A DNA stretch of 55,028 nucleotides from Anaerolineaceae bacterium (GTDB taxonomy: Bacteria > Chloroflexota > Anaerolineae > Anaerolineales > Anaerolineaceae). Both the position numbers and the translations under genes were made by a program. Shown here piece after piece: positions 7,834-17,050 of this stretch. Location: NCBI GenBank assembly GCA_003446605.1, contig DMDF01000072.1, positions 1 to 55,028 on the forward strand, in the 5' to 3' direction. Below the pieces are notes generated by a model. That model was not told the origin of the DNA, made no database searches, and worked only from the letters and a program-made list of their open reading frames with translations. Numbering within the stretch: position 1 is the first letter of the stretch; each line of letters begins with the position of its first letter.

Positions 7834-10491
7834 ATGAATAATAATTTTCCTTCGAATATATGGATATCAAAATTTGAGGCTGCCTATCTTCTCGCAGATC
7901 CAGAGGAAGGGTTTGTTCTTGGGTTACGTCATTCCTTGCTTGAACATGCAGAAAAGTTGACTGCGAAATCTGTGGGTAATGGAAAACCTGTGCAGAAAGC
8001 ATTTGTTCATATTTTCCCGCGCAAGACTTGGGTTGTTATTGGATTGGCGTTGGTGGTTCTCGTCACGGCATTCATCTTCCACCAACCTGTTTTGGCGGCG
8101 CTAGGTCGCTTATTTGGGTTTGGCTATTTACCAGAAATTGGTTTTGTTCAATTGGATACAACGCGGGTCTTGCGTAATCCCGTCACTCAGGAGGCGGAAG
8201 GGAGCAGTCTGACAGTGTTGTATGGGTTGACCGATCCGGATCAAACCATCTTGTGGTTATCGTTTGATGACGAAGCCCAACCAGCCGATGGTGCCTGGTT
8301 GGAAACCCCAACAGGAGAGCGGTTTAACCTGCTGTATTGGAATTGGGAAACGACCCGCACCAACCCAGAGGGAGTGCGGCTGGAATTTCCAGCACTAGCT
8401 GCAGATATCAACCAAATCACTCTGGCGCTACCCCAAGGTTGGCGTATTCCACTGGAATGGATTCCGGCAGCTCAAGCCGGCATTCCTTCTGCTGAGATCA
8501 ACGCCCCGTACCCAACGACCCAAGCAAACGGCACATCCTCCTCTCCCATTGAGACTTCTCAACCTTGCATACAAGCCTCTGAACTGCAAGTTTGTTTGAA
8601 AGCCGCCCAAATGGACGAACAGGGTGCCCATGTACTTCTGGAAGCGGTCAGCCTAGGAAATCAGTTTACCCCCGGGAGTCTATTTTGGGGATTGGCTGAA
8701 ACCAATCCTTTCAATTATGATATAAAGCTCCAATTGAGTGATGATCTGGGAAATAGCGTTTTGTATTCTGAAAGTTCCTTTGAAGCTACTCAACCTGAAG
8801 GGGATCGTCTGCTGCAACCTCTAACATTTCCAGTGCTTTCAACCGATGCAAAGTATTGGACGTTGCGCGTTCCAGCCTTTAGGGCGACCACTGTTTTCGT
8901 TGAACCACTCGAATTGACCATCGATCTTGGCTCTGACCCCCAACCCGGGCAAGTGCTATCCATTAACCAGGAGCTGAATATCCTGGGGCAAACCATTCGT
9001 TTCACGCAAGCAACCCTGGAAGGCGATGGGGTGACCAGTTTGCGCGTCAAATTGCTCAGTGAACCGCAATCAGAAAACCAGGATTTGGTAATTGCTGGTC
9101 TCGATTTGAGTAAGCCAGAAGGAATCGATGACCGGTATGGCTCTGGCTTCAACTCACAGGGACAGGTGGTGGTATTTTCCGAGTTGATCGGTCCCATTTC
9201 TGGCAAAAAGACAGAACTGCTGACCTTCCCCATCCTGGGGGCGCAAATTATCCTGCCCGGTCCATTTGAATTTGTGGTTCCCGCTCCATCCTTGGCTGTA
9301 GATTCACCCGTAGAGACACCGGTTATTGTGGATGGGAGCAATTTTATTCCCCAACCTACGCCAACACCCATTACCTTGGATAGCTATCAATACAGCGGGC
9401 GGGCAATTCAAGCAGGAGATTTGCTCTTCACGGTTGTTGGAGAGGATGATACCAGCCTGTATGCGGCTCACCCTTCCTCTGATGATTTTGTACCTGAGTT
9501 AATTGCGACGCTGCCGGGACAGGTTTACCAGTTCTACATCCATCCGGATCGGCTGGGGTTGGATTACCTGGTTGGTGAAAAAGTATCCGAAGATGGATTC
9601 TCGTTTTATCGTTCACCGCAGCTATTTAGCCTGCGCTTTGCAGATTCACAGCCACAACAGCTGTTTGCTTTTCAACGGGGATCGGATCAGGTGAAAGGAA
9701 CAGAATTGCTTGCGACCTGGTCCAATGATGGAAGATTGATGGTTTTCTCATCTACTGGATTCTTTCCCAAACCAGGTGAGGCGCCCAATAAGATGGGTTG
9801 GTTCGACTTTACTTGCCGGGATACGGGCAATTGCCAGCCGGAATACCTTCAATTGCCCGCTGGTTTAGCTATTAATCCGTTTGAGTTTTCACTGGATGGC
9901 TATAAGTTGTTGATGCAAGGAAGATATATTAATGGGGTGGGATCTGGCGCAGGTGACATTTTCTTTATTAATTTCAACGCACAGTTACAGCCAGAAGCTA
10001 TTCAAAATCTTACAAATAGCGATCAAGTCGATGAAGAATCGCCGCAATGGCTGCCAGATGGTAGTGGATTTTTATCGGCATGTTCGGATGACCAAACCCC
10101 GAACAATGAATATAACCTCTGTCAGCATGGAGTGTCTATTAGGCAAAATGAAACACTCTTGCGTTTACCTTTTAACATGCACCAGTTTGAACTATCGCCT
10201 GACGGAAAAATGCTGGTGGATCTAATATTTGTGCCGGATGCTATCAAGTCTCAACGGAATTTGCGGTTATTCAATCTGGAAACTCGTCAGACAACCACCT
10301 TGATGCAAAACAGCGATTTGTACCTGGATGCTCAAAGCTTTTCGCCGGATAGCCAATATCTGGGCTTTGTGTGGGATGGGAGTAGAAAGTTGAGCGTGAT
10401 CCAGCTTGAGTCCGGAAAGGAATATAATTTAAGTGATAGTGTAAAAACGGGAGCCATTTCCTGGTTGAGTTGGGTACATATTGCACAATAA
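7834..10491 (+). CDS. Anti-sigma-factor-like single-pass membrane protein with C-terminal PD40/TolB-like beta-propeller
   Basis: The ATG lies 1 nt after the sigma stop. It has the TM helix WVVIGLALVVLVTAFIF and the same juxtamembrane G-x-x-P-E-I-G-F motif as 1171..3471. The C-terminus has PD40-like blades (WSNDGRLMVF, FSLDGYKLLM, WLPDGSGFLS, LSPDGKMLVD, FSPDSQYLGF). Confidence 0.65.
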   Translation: MNNNFPSNIWISKFEAAYLLADPEEGFVLGLRHSLLEHAEKLTAKSVGNGKPVQKAFVHIFPRKTWVVIGLALVVLVTAFIFHQPVLAALGRLFGFGYLPEIGFVQLDTTRVLRNPVTQEAEGSSLTVLYGLTDPDQTILWLSFDDEAQPADGAWLETPTGERFNLLYWNWETTRTNPEGVRLEFPALAADINQITLALPQGWRIPLEWIPAAQAGIPSAEINAPYPTTQANGTSSSPIETSQPCIQASELQVCLKAAQMDEQGAHVLLEAVSLGNQFTPGSLFWGLAETNPFNYDIKLQLSDDLGNSVLYSESSFEATQPEGDRLLQPLTFPVLSTDAKYWTLRVPAFRATTVFVEPLELTIDLGSDPQPGQVLSINQELNILGQTIRFTQATLEGDGVTSLRVKLLSEPQSENQDLVIAGLDLSKPEGIDDRYGSGFNSQGQVVVFSELIGPISGKKTELLTFPILGAQIILPGPFEFVVPAPSLAVDSPVETPVIVDGSNFIPQPTPTPITLDSYQYSGRAIQAGDLLFTVVGEDDTSLYAAHPSSDDFVPELIATLPGQVYQFYIHPDRLGLDYLVGEKVSEDGFSFYRSPQLFSLRFADSQPQQLFAFQRGSDQVKGTELLATWSNDGRLMVFSSTGFFPKPGEAPNKMGWFDFTCRDTGNCQPEYLQLPAGLAINPFEFSLDGYKLLMQGRYINGVGSGAGDIFFINFNAQLQPEAIQNLTNSDQVDEESPQWLPDGSGFLSACSDDQTPNNEYNLCQHGVSIRQNETLLRLPFNMHQFELSPDGKMLVDLIFVPDAIKSQRNLRLFNLETRQTTTLMQNSDLYLDAQSFSPDSQYLGFVWDGSRKLSVIQLESGKEYNLSDSVKTGAISWLSWVHIAQ

Positions 10492-10520
10492 TGGGGCTAG
10501 ACAAGAAAGAAGAGGTTTCT

Positions 10521-12869
10521 ATGAAGAACAAACTTTTCCACAGACCAATTCTGACGTTTGTGCTAATCATCTTATTAACTGGTTGTGCTACAGAGACGGC
10601 TGTTCCTGCCACGCCTGCTTATCCGACCAGTCTTTCCACAGCTACCCAACCAGTATCTAGTTCTACTGCAGAACCCGCGTCTGGATGGGAAAACGTAGAA
10701 ACGCAGCTATCCTCAGCGATTTTACGAACACCGGATGGAAAATGTGAGTGGGAGGTATGGGGCTGGCTGGAGCAAGAGGTATACGTCTGGGCATTTTGCC
10801 AGTCAGGAGCTATGCCGCATGCCAGCGCAGCAAGCGTCCCTGCTGTACTGCACCTTCGCGAGGATCAGTCGGTTGAGACTGTTGACTTACCCCAAGATGG
10901 TAATGCTTATGGAGTGAGTGTGAGACGTTTGTTTCCTCCGGCAGTGCAGGAAAAGATTTCCGCACATGCTTTTGATGTAGATGCCGCCCAAGCCCATCTT
11001 GCGCTGCGTTGGGAAGATCCATCCCTCACGCCAGCCATTTATATTGAAACCGGTGACCCACTGCCTCTGCCGGGCGAACCGGCAGTTCCTGCCATTTCAG
11101 CAGACTATGTGGATCGCCTTACAACGATTTCCACGCTGGGAGCGGGGAATGTCAATCGCTTGGTATTCCTGACAGACGACCGATTGGTAGCATACGGCGA
11201 GCGAGGGATTGAGTTTGTAAATATGACCATCATGCAAACCAGCCATCCATACCAGGAAATTCTTGTAGGCAGAGAAGGCGTGCTCTCTCCCGATGGTCAA
11301 CTCTTGGCGGTTTGGGAGGATGGCAAGCTGCAGATTTATACTCTTGAAAATGGCTCCCTATTACAGACCGTTGAGATTAATGAACAGGATGGACGTGTCA
11401 TATCAGCCAACTTTCTCTCCGATGGAGAGACCCTGGCAATAGAATTACGCCCCATCGGAGAAGAGGTATATTCACACCAGGTTATGTTCTATCGCATGAA
11501 TGATGGCATGCTTCTCAACCGTTGGGATATGCAGGGCATGAGTATGGTCTTTTCGCCGGATGAGCATAGCATGGTCAGTCAGGCAATGAGCGGGCTTAAG
11601 GTATGGTCTGTTCCGGAAGGCGAACTGCTGCATACCTTTCAGGCAGTCACCAGTTCAGCAACGTTTTCAGCGGATGGACAATTCTTGGCTGTTGCGGATA
11701 TGGGTGTGGTGCGAATTTTGTCGGTTGCGGATGGCAGCGAAATTGGGCATCTTCCGGAAGATATCGGGGCTGTCTCCGGGGTGGATCTTTCTCCGGATGG
11801 CAAGCTGTTGCTCACGTGGTCGAACGACTCGTCCCCGGCGCGCCTGTGGCGCGTATCCGACCTTTCTCTACTTCTCGAATTGCCCATTGAAGGTGTTTCC
11901 GCAGGAGTATTTCACCCCAATGGGACTGCTGTCGTACTGGCTGGAAATGGTGCCATAGGACTATATTCTATATCGACGGGCGAATTGATCGGAAGTGTCG
12001 ATGATCAGTTTCCAGCCATTGCAGGTCTATCATTTGCGCCAGATAAGACCCTGAGCGAGGGCGCTCGTTTAGCGGTGCTGTATGGAATAAACACCGATCA
12101 CTCCCTTTTGGTGAATTGGGGCATTCCCCAGGGCACGCGCCAGTTCATGAGTGATGCTTATTCAGCCATCAGTTTGGAATATACCAGCGACCCTTATGGG
12201 ATTGCTGTCGGCTCGTGGGATGGGACCGTGCAGATGGTTGATCCAGATGATGGGGCGCTGCTGCGCACATTCGAGGGACTGCCTGCTCAAGTGCAAGCCA
12301 TCCAGCAGGATGGTTGGGGGCAAATGGCAGCCAGTTCGATGAATGAAGCGCGCATTTTTGTGCTGCCGGATGTAAATGAAAGCAGTGGGCGGGAGGTTAG
12401 CATGTCTGGCGGGTGGGTAAGCGCTCTATCCTGGACCTGTTACCTCTTCGCTGCGCCTATGGATGGATCCGTGTGGGTGCTGGATGAGACAGGGGAAAAT
12501 GTTGTGCAGACCTTGACGACGATGGACGATGGGTATGAAAGTTACCTGGCTGTTCCAGCGGACTGCATGCAGATAGTAGCAGGCAAAAATCAATCCATCT
12601 ACCGCTGGCAGACAGTAGACTGGGAAGCATTGCCGACCTGGTCGATGCCGGCAACGATTACTGCACTGGCAGTTTCGCCAGATGGTTCGCTTGTGACGGT
12701 GGGCTTGGCAGACGGTCAAGTGCAGTTGCTGGAACGTGAAACTGGTACATTGCTGCGGGTATTAGAAGGGCATTCTGGCGAGATAACTGCACTCGATTTT
12801 TCTCCGTATGGTAATTTCTTGGCTTCGGGTGGGACGGATGGTGTGGTCACGGTGTGGGGGATGAAGTAA
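10521..12869 (+). CDS. WD40/beta-propeller repeat lipoprotein
   Basis: ATG 10521 is preceded by GAAGAGG. The signal peptide has a lipobox (ILLTGC). There are many propeller blades and a canonical terminal WD40 unit, LEGHSGEITALDFSPYGNFLASGGTDGVVTVWGM. The ORF-track start at 10470 overlaps the upstream gene and is less likely. Confidence 0.75.
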   Translation: MKNKLFHRPILTFVLIILLTGCATETAVPATPAYPTSLSTATQPVSSSTAEPASGWENVETQLSSAILRTPDGKCEWEVWGWLEQEVYVWAFCQSGAMPHASAASVPAVLHLREDQSVETVDLPQDGNAYGVSVRRLFPPAVQEKISAHAFDVDAAQAHLALRWEDPSLTPAIYIETGDPLPLPGEPAVPAISADYVDRLTTISTLGAGNVNRLVFLTDDRLVAYGERGIEFVNMTIMQTSHPYQEILVGREGVLSPDGQLLAVWEDGKLQIYTLENGSLLQTVEINEQDGRVISANFLSDGETLAIELRPIGEEVYSHQVMFYRMNDGMLLNRWDMQGMSMVFSPDEHSMVSQAMSGLKVWSVPEGELLHTFQAVTSSATFSADGQFLAVADMGVVRILSVADGSEIGHLPEDIGAVSGVDLSPDGKLLLTWSNDSSPARLWRVSDLSLLLELPIEGVSAGVFHPNGTAVVLAGNGAIGLYSISTGELIGSVDDQFPAIAGLSFAPDKTLSEGARLAVLYGINTDHSLLVNWGIPQGTRQFMSDAYSAISLEYTSDPYGIAVGSWDGTVQMVDPDDGALLRTFEGLPAQVQAIQQDGWGQMAASSMNEARIFVLPDVNESSGREVSMSGGWVSALSWTCYLFAAPMDGSVWVLDETGENVVQTLTTMDDGYESYLAVPADCMQIVAGKNQSIYRWQTVDWEALPTWSMPATITALAVSPDGSLVTVGLADGQVQLLERETGTLLRVLEGHSGEITALDFSPYGNFLASGGTDGVVTVWGMK

Positions 12870-13007
12870 GAATATCGGTTCTTCACCACGTGATCCTTTC
12901 GATTATTTTTTCCAGGTTCAGTAGCAAGAGCAGATCTTGTTTTTGGATGGATGGCTTAAAAGCTTGTCTTTTTAGCTCCCTATTTTATTAAACTTATCCA
13001 TTTTTAT

Positions 13008-13042
13008 ACTATGAGACTGTCCCAAAAGGGCAGTCTCATAGT
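13008..13042. terminator. Strong hairpin between convergent genes (putative bidirectional terminator)
   Basis: The sequence actatgagactgtccc-aaaa-gggcagtctcatagt gives a 15-16 bp stem with one bulge. It sits between the ends of 10521..12869 (+) and 13067..15229 (-). There is no clean U-tract. Confidence 0.5.
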
Positions 13043-13066
13043 TAATCTGTCCTGCATCGATGAATT

Positions 13067-15229
13067 TCAAAAAGCATACCTGACCAGTTTCATCATGTTT
13101 CCGTCATAATAGTAGGCAATCAAAGAACGATTCGTTTCATCAATGACCAGCCGAGGAAAACCGCGTTCCAAATTTATCTGGCGGATCAGTTCCATTGTCT
13201 GCCCATCATATATCTTGATAGAACCTGCAGTATAGTCTGCGCCTGCTTCGGCTGTATCTCTGACCGTTACTATATATTTACCGTTCTTAGAAACAGTAAC
13301 GTAATGGCTTTCTTCATCATCGGCTAGCTGAATCTCCTGTTTTTCCAATGTATCTAGATTTATCTTAAATATTTTCCCTGAGCTCGGATACCATGGACCT
13401 TTGAACTCCTCATGGAAAAAGACTGCATGATCAGTGGTTTGAATGTCCTCACCGATTGCGTCCCATTTCGTATAATCAATCACCTTGTTGTTATGGTTAT
13501 CCAGATCTATGATCCCGAAACCAGATCCGGAACTTTCAGTGGCGGTAAAAGCTAGGTATTCATCATTTCCGGCAAACTCTAGTGAATCGATATACCCAAA
13601 AGTCGCTAGTCCGCTCTTCGAAAAATCAAAAACGACCTGTTGCTCCTTCGTCTGCAGATCATAAAGCAAAACTTGATTGGTTACAATATTGGCACAAGCA
13701 ACTTTTTCTCCACTTTTTGATAATGCGCAAATATGCGGGTCAAGCACATGATATGGTATATCAAATATCTGTCCCACATCAACCGTATTGATTAAATTAA
13801 GGCTTGCATCATATCTATCCAATATGAGAGGACAGTCCATAGCATGTTCCGTCATACATTTCAGGTCTTGTTCAAATAAACCCACAATGTTTTCAGCAAA
13901 GTCAACTTTCTGAGCAAGATAAGGATCAGTAGAGATTTCCGTTTTATAAAGCAGCGTTTCTGAATTCAAATCAAACAGCGCAGCAGAATCAAACCATATC
14001 AGGAGATTATGATCATCCGTTAGATGAATTCCTGGCGTGCTGTATTGGGAGAATAGGTCATTCTCAATCAGCAAATTCGTCAAATCCTTATCTGCAGCCG
14101 GCGCAATAGCTGTAGCCGCGTTATTGTTCGACAAATCTGAGTTTGCAGTTAGTGCAATCACTGCAGCCTCGTCGTTGACTAACAAGACAGACTTTGTTTT
14201 ATGACCATAGATTTCACTGTCTTTATAACTTTCTCCGACAGGAATAATCATGGCATAAATTGTATTCAGCCGATCGTAGTCATGGATGTCTAAAGTGAAC
14301 TTATACTTTGACATTTTGTCATTGTGAATTCCCATCAGAAAACTCTGCTGTCCTGCAATGCTGACCGGTTCATGATTCACAAAAATGGTAACACGGTAAT
14401 CGGTCTCAGTACCGCCGTAACCGCTCAATTCCAGATCAATTTTTCCGTTTTCCGCAAATAAATTAACATTTGACCAATTAAATTCACCAGTGTATAAATT
14501 AAAATCAGCTTGACGGACTCTTCCCGATGCGTCCAGGTCTTTATTTTGACTAATTTCTTTCGCTGATTGAGGAATAGGTTCCGTCTCAATGGCGGGAGCA
14601 TAATTTTCCGTATACTGAGGCGCATCGGTTTCCATGATTACGGTCAGCGGTATATAAAATGATGCATCTTGATAGATGCCGAAACCCTTGTCTTCTGTTT
14701 CTGGAACAAAAGAGGGTTCCCACAGAAAAACTCCGAACAGACCAAGATCATCTCCAGCTGAGCCGGTTACCGGAGTGAATGACACAGTAAACTCAATCCT
14801 GCCATCACTGCTGACACGGTGTTTGCTTAATAACACTTCCTGATCAGCGTCTATTCTGCCATCTTGCTGACTGCTTTCTATAACTTGATGCGGCTGTGGA
14901 ACCCCATCCAGAAAAAGCATCAGACCAACTTCAGTATCAGATCCGGTTCCTTCGAGATAGTAAGAGAGCTGGATAGGTTCGCCGTCATACGTTAGGGTAT
15001 CATCCTCAAGGGGATCAAAATCAATAGGACCTATACCATACCCTCCAATCCTCTGTCCCTCGCTCGACTGCTCCCCGCCGGAATCCGTTTGCTCAGATGG
15101 ATTCATTGTAGGAAGAGTCAGTATCTGTTCCGTTGCGGTGGGTGAGGATGAACAAGCCGCCAGCGTCAAGATTAAGATAGCGATGCTGCACAATTTCATT
15201 TTTATCTGATAGTTCATTTTTTCCTCCAA
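13067..15229 (-). CDS. Secreted lipoprotein with internally repeated Ig-like modules and beta-propeller-like C-terminus (function unknown)
   Basis: Signal peptide and lipobox: ILILTLAAC. Two similar modules: IQLSYYLEGTGSDTEVGLMLFLDGVPQP and IDLELSGYGGTETDYRVTIFVNHEPVSI. The C-terminal part is blade-like (VSKNGKYIVTV...). Confidence 0.5.
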   Translation of the reverse strand: MEEKMNYQIKMKLCSIAILILTLAACSSSPTATEQILTLPTMNPSEQTDSGGEQSSEGQRIGGYGIGPIDFDPLEDDTLTYDGEPIQLSYYLEGTGSDTEVGLMLFLDGVPQPHQVIESSQQDGRIDADQEVLLSKHRVSSDGRIEFTVSFTPVTGSAGDDLGLFGVFLWEPSFVPETEDKGFGIYQDASFYIPLTVIMETDAPQYTENYAPAIETEPIPQSAKEISQNKDLDASGRVRQADFNLYTGEFNWSNVNLFAENGKIDLELSGYGGTETDYRVTIFVNHEPVSIAGQQSFLMGIHNDKMSKYKFTLDIHDYDRLNTIYAMIIPVGESYKDSEIYGHKTKSVLLVNDEAAVIALTANSDLSNNNAATAIAPAADKDLTNLLIENDLFSQYSTPGIHLTDDHNLLIWFDSAALFDLNSETLLYKTEISTDPYLAQKVDFAENIVGLFEQDLKCMTEHAMDCPLILDRYDASLNLINTVDVGQIFDIPYHVLDPHICALSKSGEKVACANIVTNQVLLYDLQTKEQQVVFDFSKSGLATFGYIDSLEFAGNDEYLAFTATESSGSGFGIIDLDNHNNKVIDYTKWDAIGEDIQTTDHAVFFHEEFKGPWYPSSGKIFKINLDTLEKQEIQLADDEESHYVTVSKNGKYIVTVRDTAEAGADYTAGSIKIYDGQTMELIRQINLERGFPRLVIDETNRSLIAYYYDGNMMKLVRYAF

Positions 15230-15273
15230 AACTTATTTTCAACAACTATAGCTTAAAGGAACTGCCCTGTGTT

Positions 15274-15321
15274 TTACGGATCAGTAACAGTAAGACGGTG
15301 CAGTGTTACGGTTTGGTAACA
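15274..15321. promoter_or_regulatory. Two copies of a 16-bp palindromic motif TTACGG-N4-GTAACA (candidate operator) in a divergent intergenic region
   Basis: Copy A is TTACGGatcaGTAACA at 15274-15289. Copy B is TTACGGtttgGTAACA at 15306-15321, extendable to the perfect inverted repeat GTGTTAC-N6-GTAACAC at 15303-15322. The copies are 32 bp apart centre to centre. Confidence 0.45.
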
Positions 15322-15403
15322 CCCATAGTCTTTCGGGATTTTACCTATCTGATAAAATAAGGAAAAATCATCCATCACAACATTGGCATGAATTGAACCT
15401 GTT

Positions 15404-16117
15404 ATGGCAAAAACCCAGTTACTGATCGCAGACGATGAGCCTGATTTGTTGGCAGAACTAAACCCATTGCTTGAACGGGCGGGGTTTGCAGTGTTGACAG
15501 TATTGGATGGAGAGCAGGCATTGAAAGCGATCGATATAAATCACCCTGATCTCATTGTTTTAGATGTACTGATGCCTCATATGGATGGTAGGGAGGTTTT
15601 GCGACAGCTTCGCCAACAAGGTAATTGGACCCCGGTCATTCTGCTGACCCAGATAGGTACGCCGACTGAACGGGCACTTAGTTTGCAGGAAGGGGCAGAT
15701 GACTACCTCAACAAACCTTTTGAACCGCTTGAACTCGTTGCAAGGATTCAGGCAGTTCTCCGGCGCAGCCAGCACGAGAACTTACCTCTCAATAGTTTTC
15801 GCCTTATTTGCTCTGAAAAATTACTTCTTGACCGCCAGACACGTCGTGCATTTTGGGATGGAAGGGATTTGATGCTTTCAGCCAGAGCATTCGGGGTTTT
15901 GGAATATCTTATGCTCAACAATCAGGAAATTATTACCCGGGAACGGTTACTGGATCAAGTCTGGGGATGGAGCTCACCCATTGGAACACGAGCAGTCGAT
16001 ACCAGAATAAATGAGATACGAAAATCCCTGGAGGATGATCCTGAAAAACCTCAATTTATTGAGACTGTGATAGGATCAGGCTACCGATACCTTAAGGGAG
16101 TTTCAGGTCAAAAATGA
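15404..16117 (+). CDS. OmpR/PhoB-family response regulator
   Basis: Receiver domain: LIADDEPDL...DLIVLDVLMPHMDG...KPF. Winged-helix output: TRERLLDQVWG...VDTRINEIRKSL...IETVIGSGYRY. Confidence 0.9.
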   Translation: MAKTQLLIADDEPDLLAELNPLLERAGFAVLTVLDGEQALKAIDINHPDLIVLDVLMPHMDGREVLRQLRQQGNWTPVILLTQIGTPTERALSLQEGADDYLNKPFEPLELVARIQAVLRRSQHENLPLNSFRLICSEKLLLDRQTRRAFWDGRDLMLSARAFGVLEYLMLNNQEIITRERLLDQVWGWSSPIGTRAVDTRINEIRKSLEDDPEKPQFIETVIGSGYRYLKGVSGQK

Positions 16118-17049
16118 GCAAATCGGTTTCGCATCGTCTGATATTGGCACTTCTCCCACTCTTTCTGGGCATTCTATTCGTATTCTTGATCAAATCTAAC
16201 TTGTTCGAAAACTATGTCGTGCTTGGCCATTTTCACGTTGACCTGATAGCGCTCTGTCTTCTGATTAGTTGTATCCTCTCGTTATGTTTTGTGATCATAA
16301 TTCTTACTCAATCAAAAAAGAAGTCAGACCAAGATCGAAAAATAGCACATGAGAGGGAAATACAGTCTCTGGAGAGACAACGTTTCATGTATCGCTTAGA
16401 CCACGAAATGAAAAATCCGTTAACGACAATACGTCTGGGAATAACCAATTTACAGGATCGTCAAGTCAACGACCCGGATGAGACCGAGACACTTAATCGC
16501 ATTGGCTATCAAGCCCAGAGATTACAGACGCTCGTAGAGGATATGAGGCGACTCGCTGATCTTGACGAGGCAAGCATGGACATTGAAGACAACAGTCTAG
16601 CTGATATCCTGGAAGAGGCAGTTACTCAATCCAGAAGCTTGCCTGGAAGAGACCAATCCTCCGTCCAATTAACTGTTCAAGAAGTCCCATGGCCACTGGC
16701 ACCCATTCGAGGAGATCGAGATTTGTTAGTAATCGCCTTTCGCAATTTAATCGAAAATGCTCTTAAATTCAGTGAATCATCCGGTCAGATTGAAGTTCGT
16801 GCTACTGAAGATAATCACCGCATTTTAGTTGAAGTTGCCGATAGCGGCAGAGGCATTCCCCCCGAGGATTTACAATACATTGGTACCGAATTATATCGGG
16901 CGAAAAATGCTCAAGATCAACCGGGAAGTGGGTTGGGGTTGGCTATGGTTAAACGTATCGTAGAACTACACCATGGTCGCATTGAGATCAACAGCCGGCT
17001 GGGACAGGGGACTGTGGCTCGTGTGGTGTTGCCAATGAAGGTGAGCTGA
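16114..17049 (+). CDS. Sensor histidine kinase (two TM helices, DHp + HATPase_c)
   Basis: It overlaps the regulator gene via ATGA. H-box: YRLDHEMKNPLTTI. N/G boxes: NLIENALKFS, DSGRGIPPEDL, GSGLGLAMV. Confidence 0.9.
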   Translation: MSKSVSHRLILALLPLFLGILFVFLIKSNLFENYVVLGHFHVDLIALCLLISCILSLCFVIIILTQSKKKSDQDRKIAHEREIQSLERQRFMYRLDHEMKNPLTTIRLGITNLQDRQVNDPDETETLNRIGYQAQRLQTLVEDMRRLADLDEASMDIEDNSLADILEEAVTQSRSLPGRDQSSVQLTVQEVPWPLAPIRGDRDLLVIAFRNLIENALKFSESSGQIEVRATEDNHRILVEVADSGRGIPPEDLQYIGTELYRAKNAQDQPGSGLGLAMVKRIVELHHGRIEINSRLGQGTVARVVLPMKVS

Positions 17050-17050
17050 A

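Noticed and set aside
8790-9371. A 193-aa ORF on the minus strand.
   Set aside because: It lies entirely antisense within the well-supported 7834..10491 gene. The translation is Gly/Ser/Pro/Thr-rich low complexity with no motif. This is a typical shadow ORF of a GC-richer coding region.
10470-10520. The upstream start of the WD40 lipoprotein ORF, which overlaps the anti-sigma gene.
   Set aside because: ATG 10521 is preceded by a purine-rich RBS-like GAAGAGG. It gives a canonical signal peptide and lipobox directly at the N-terminus.
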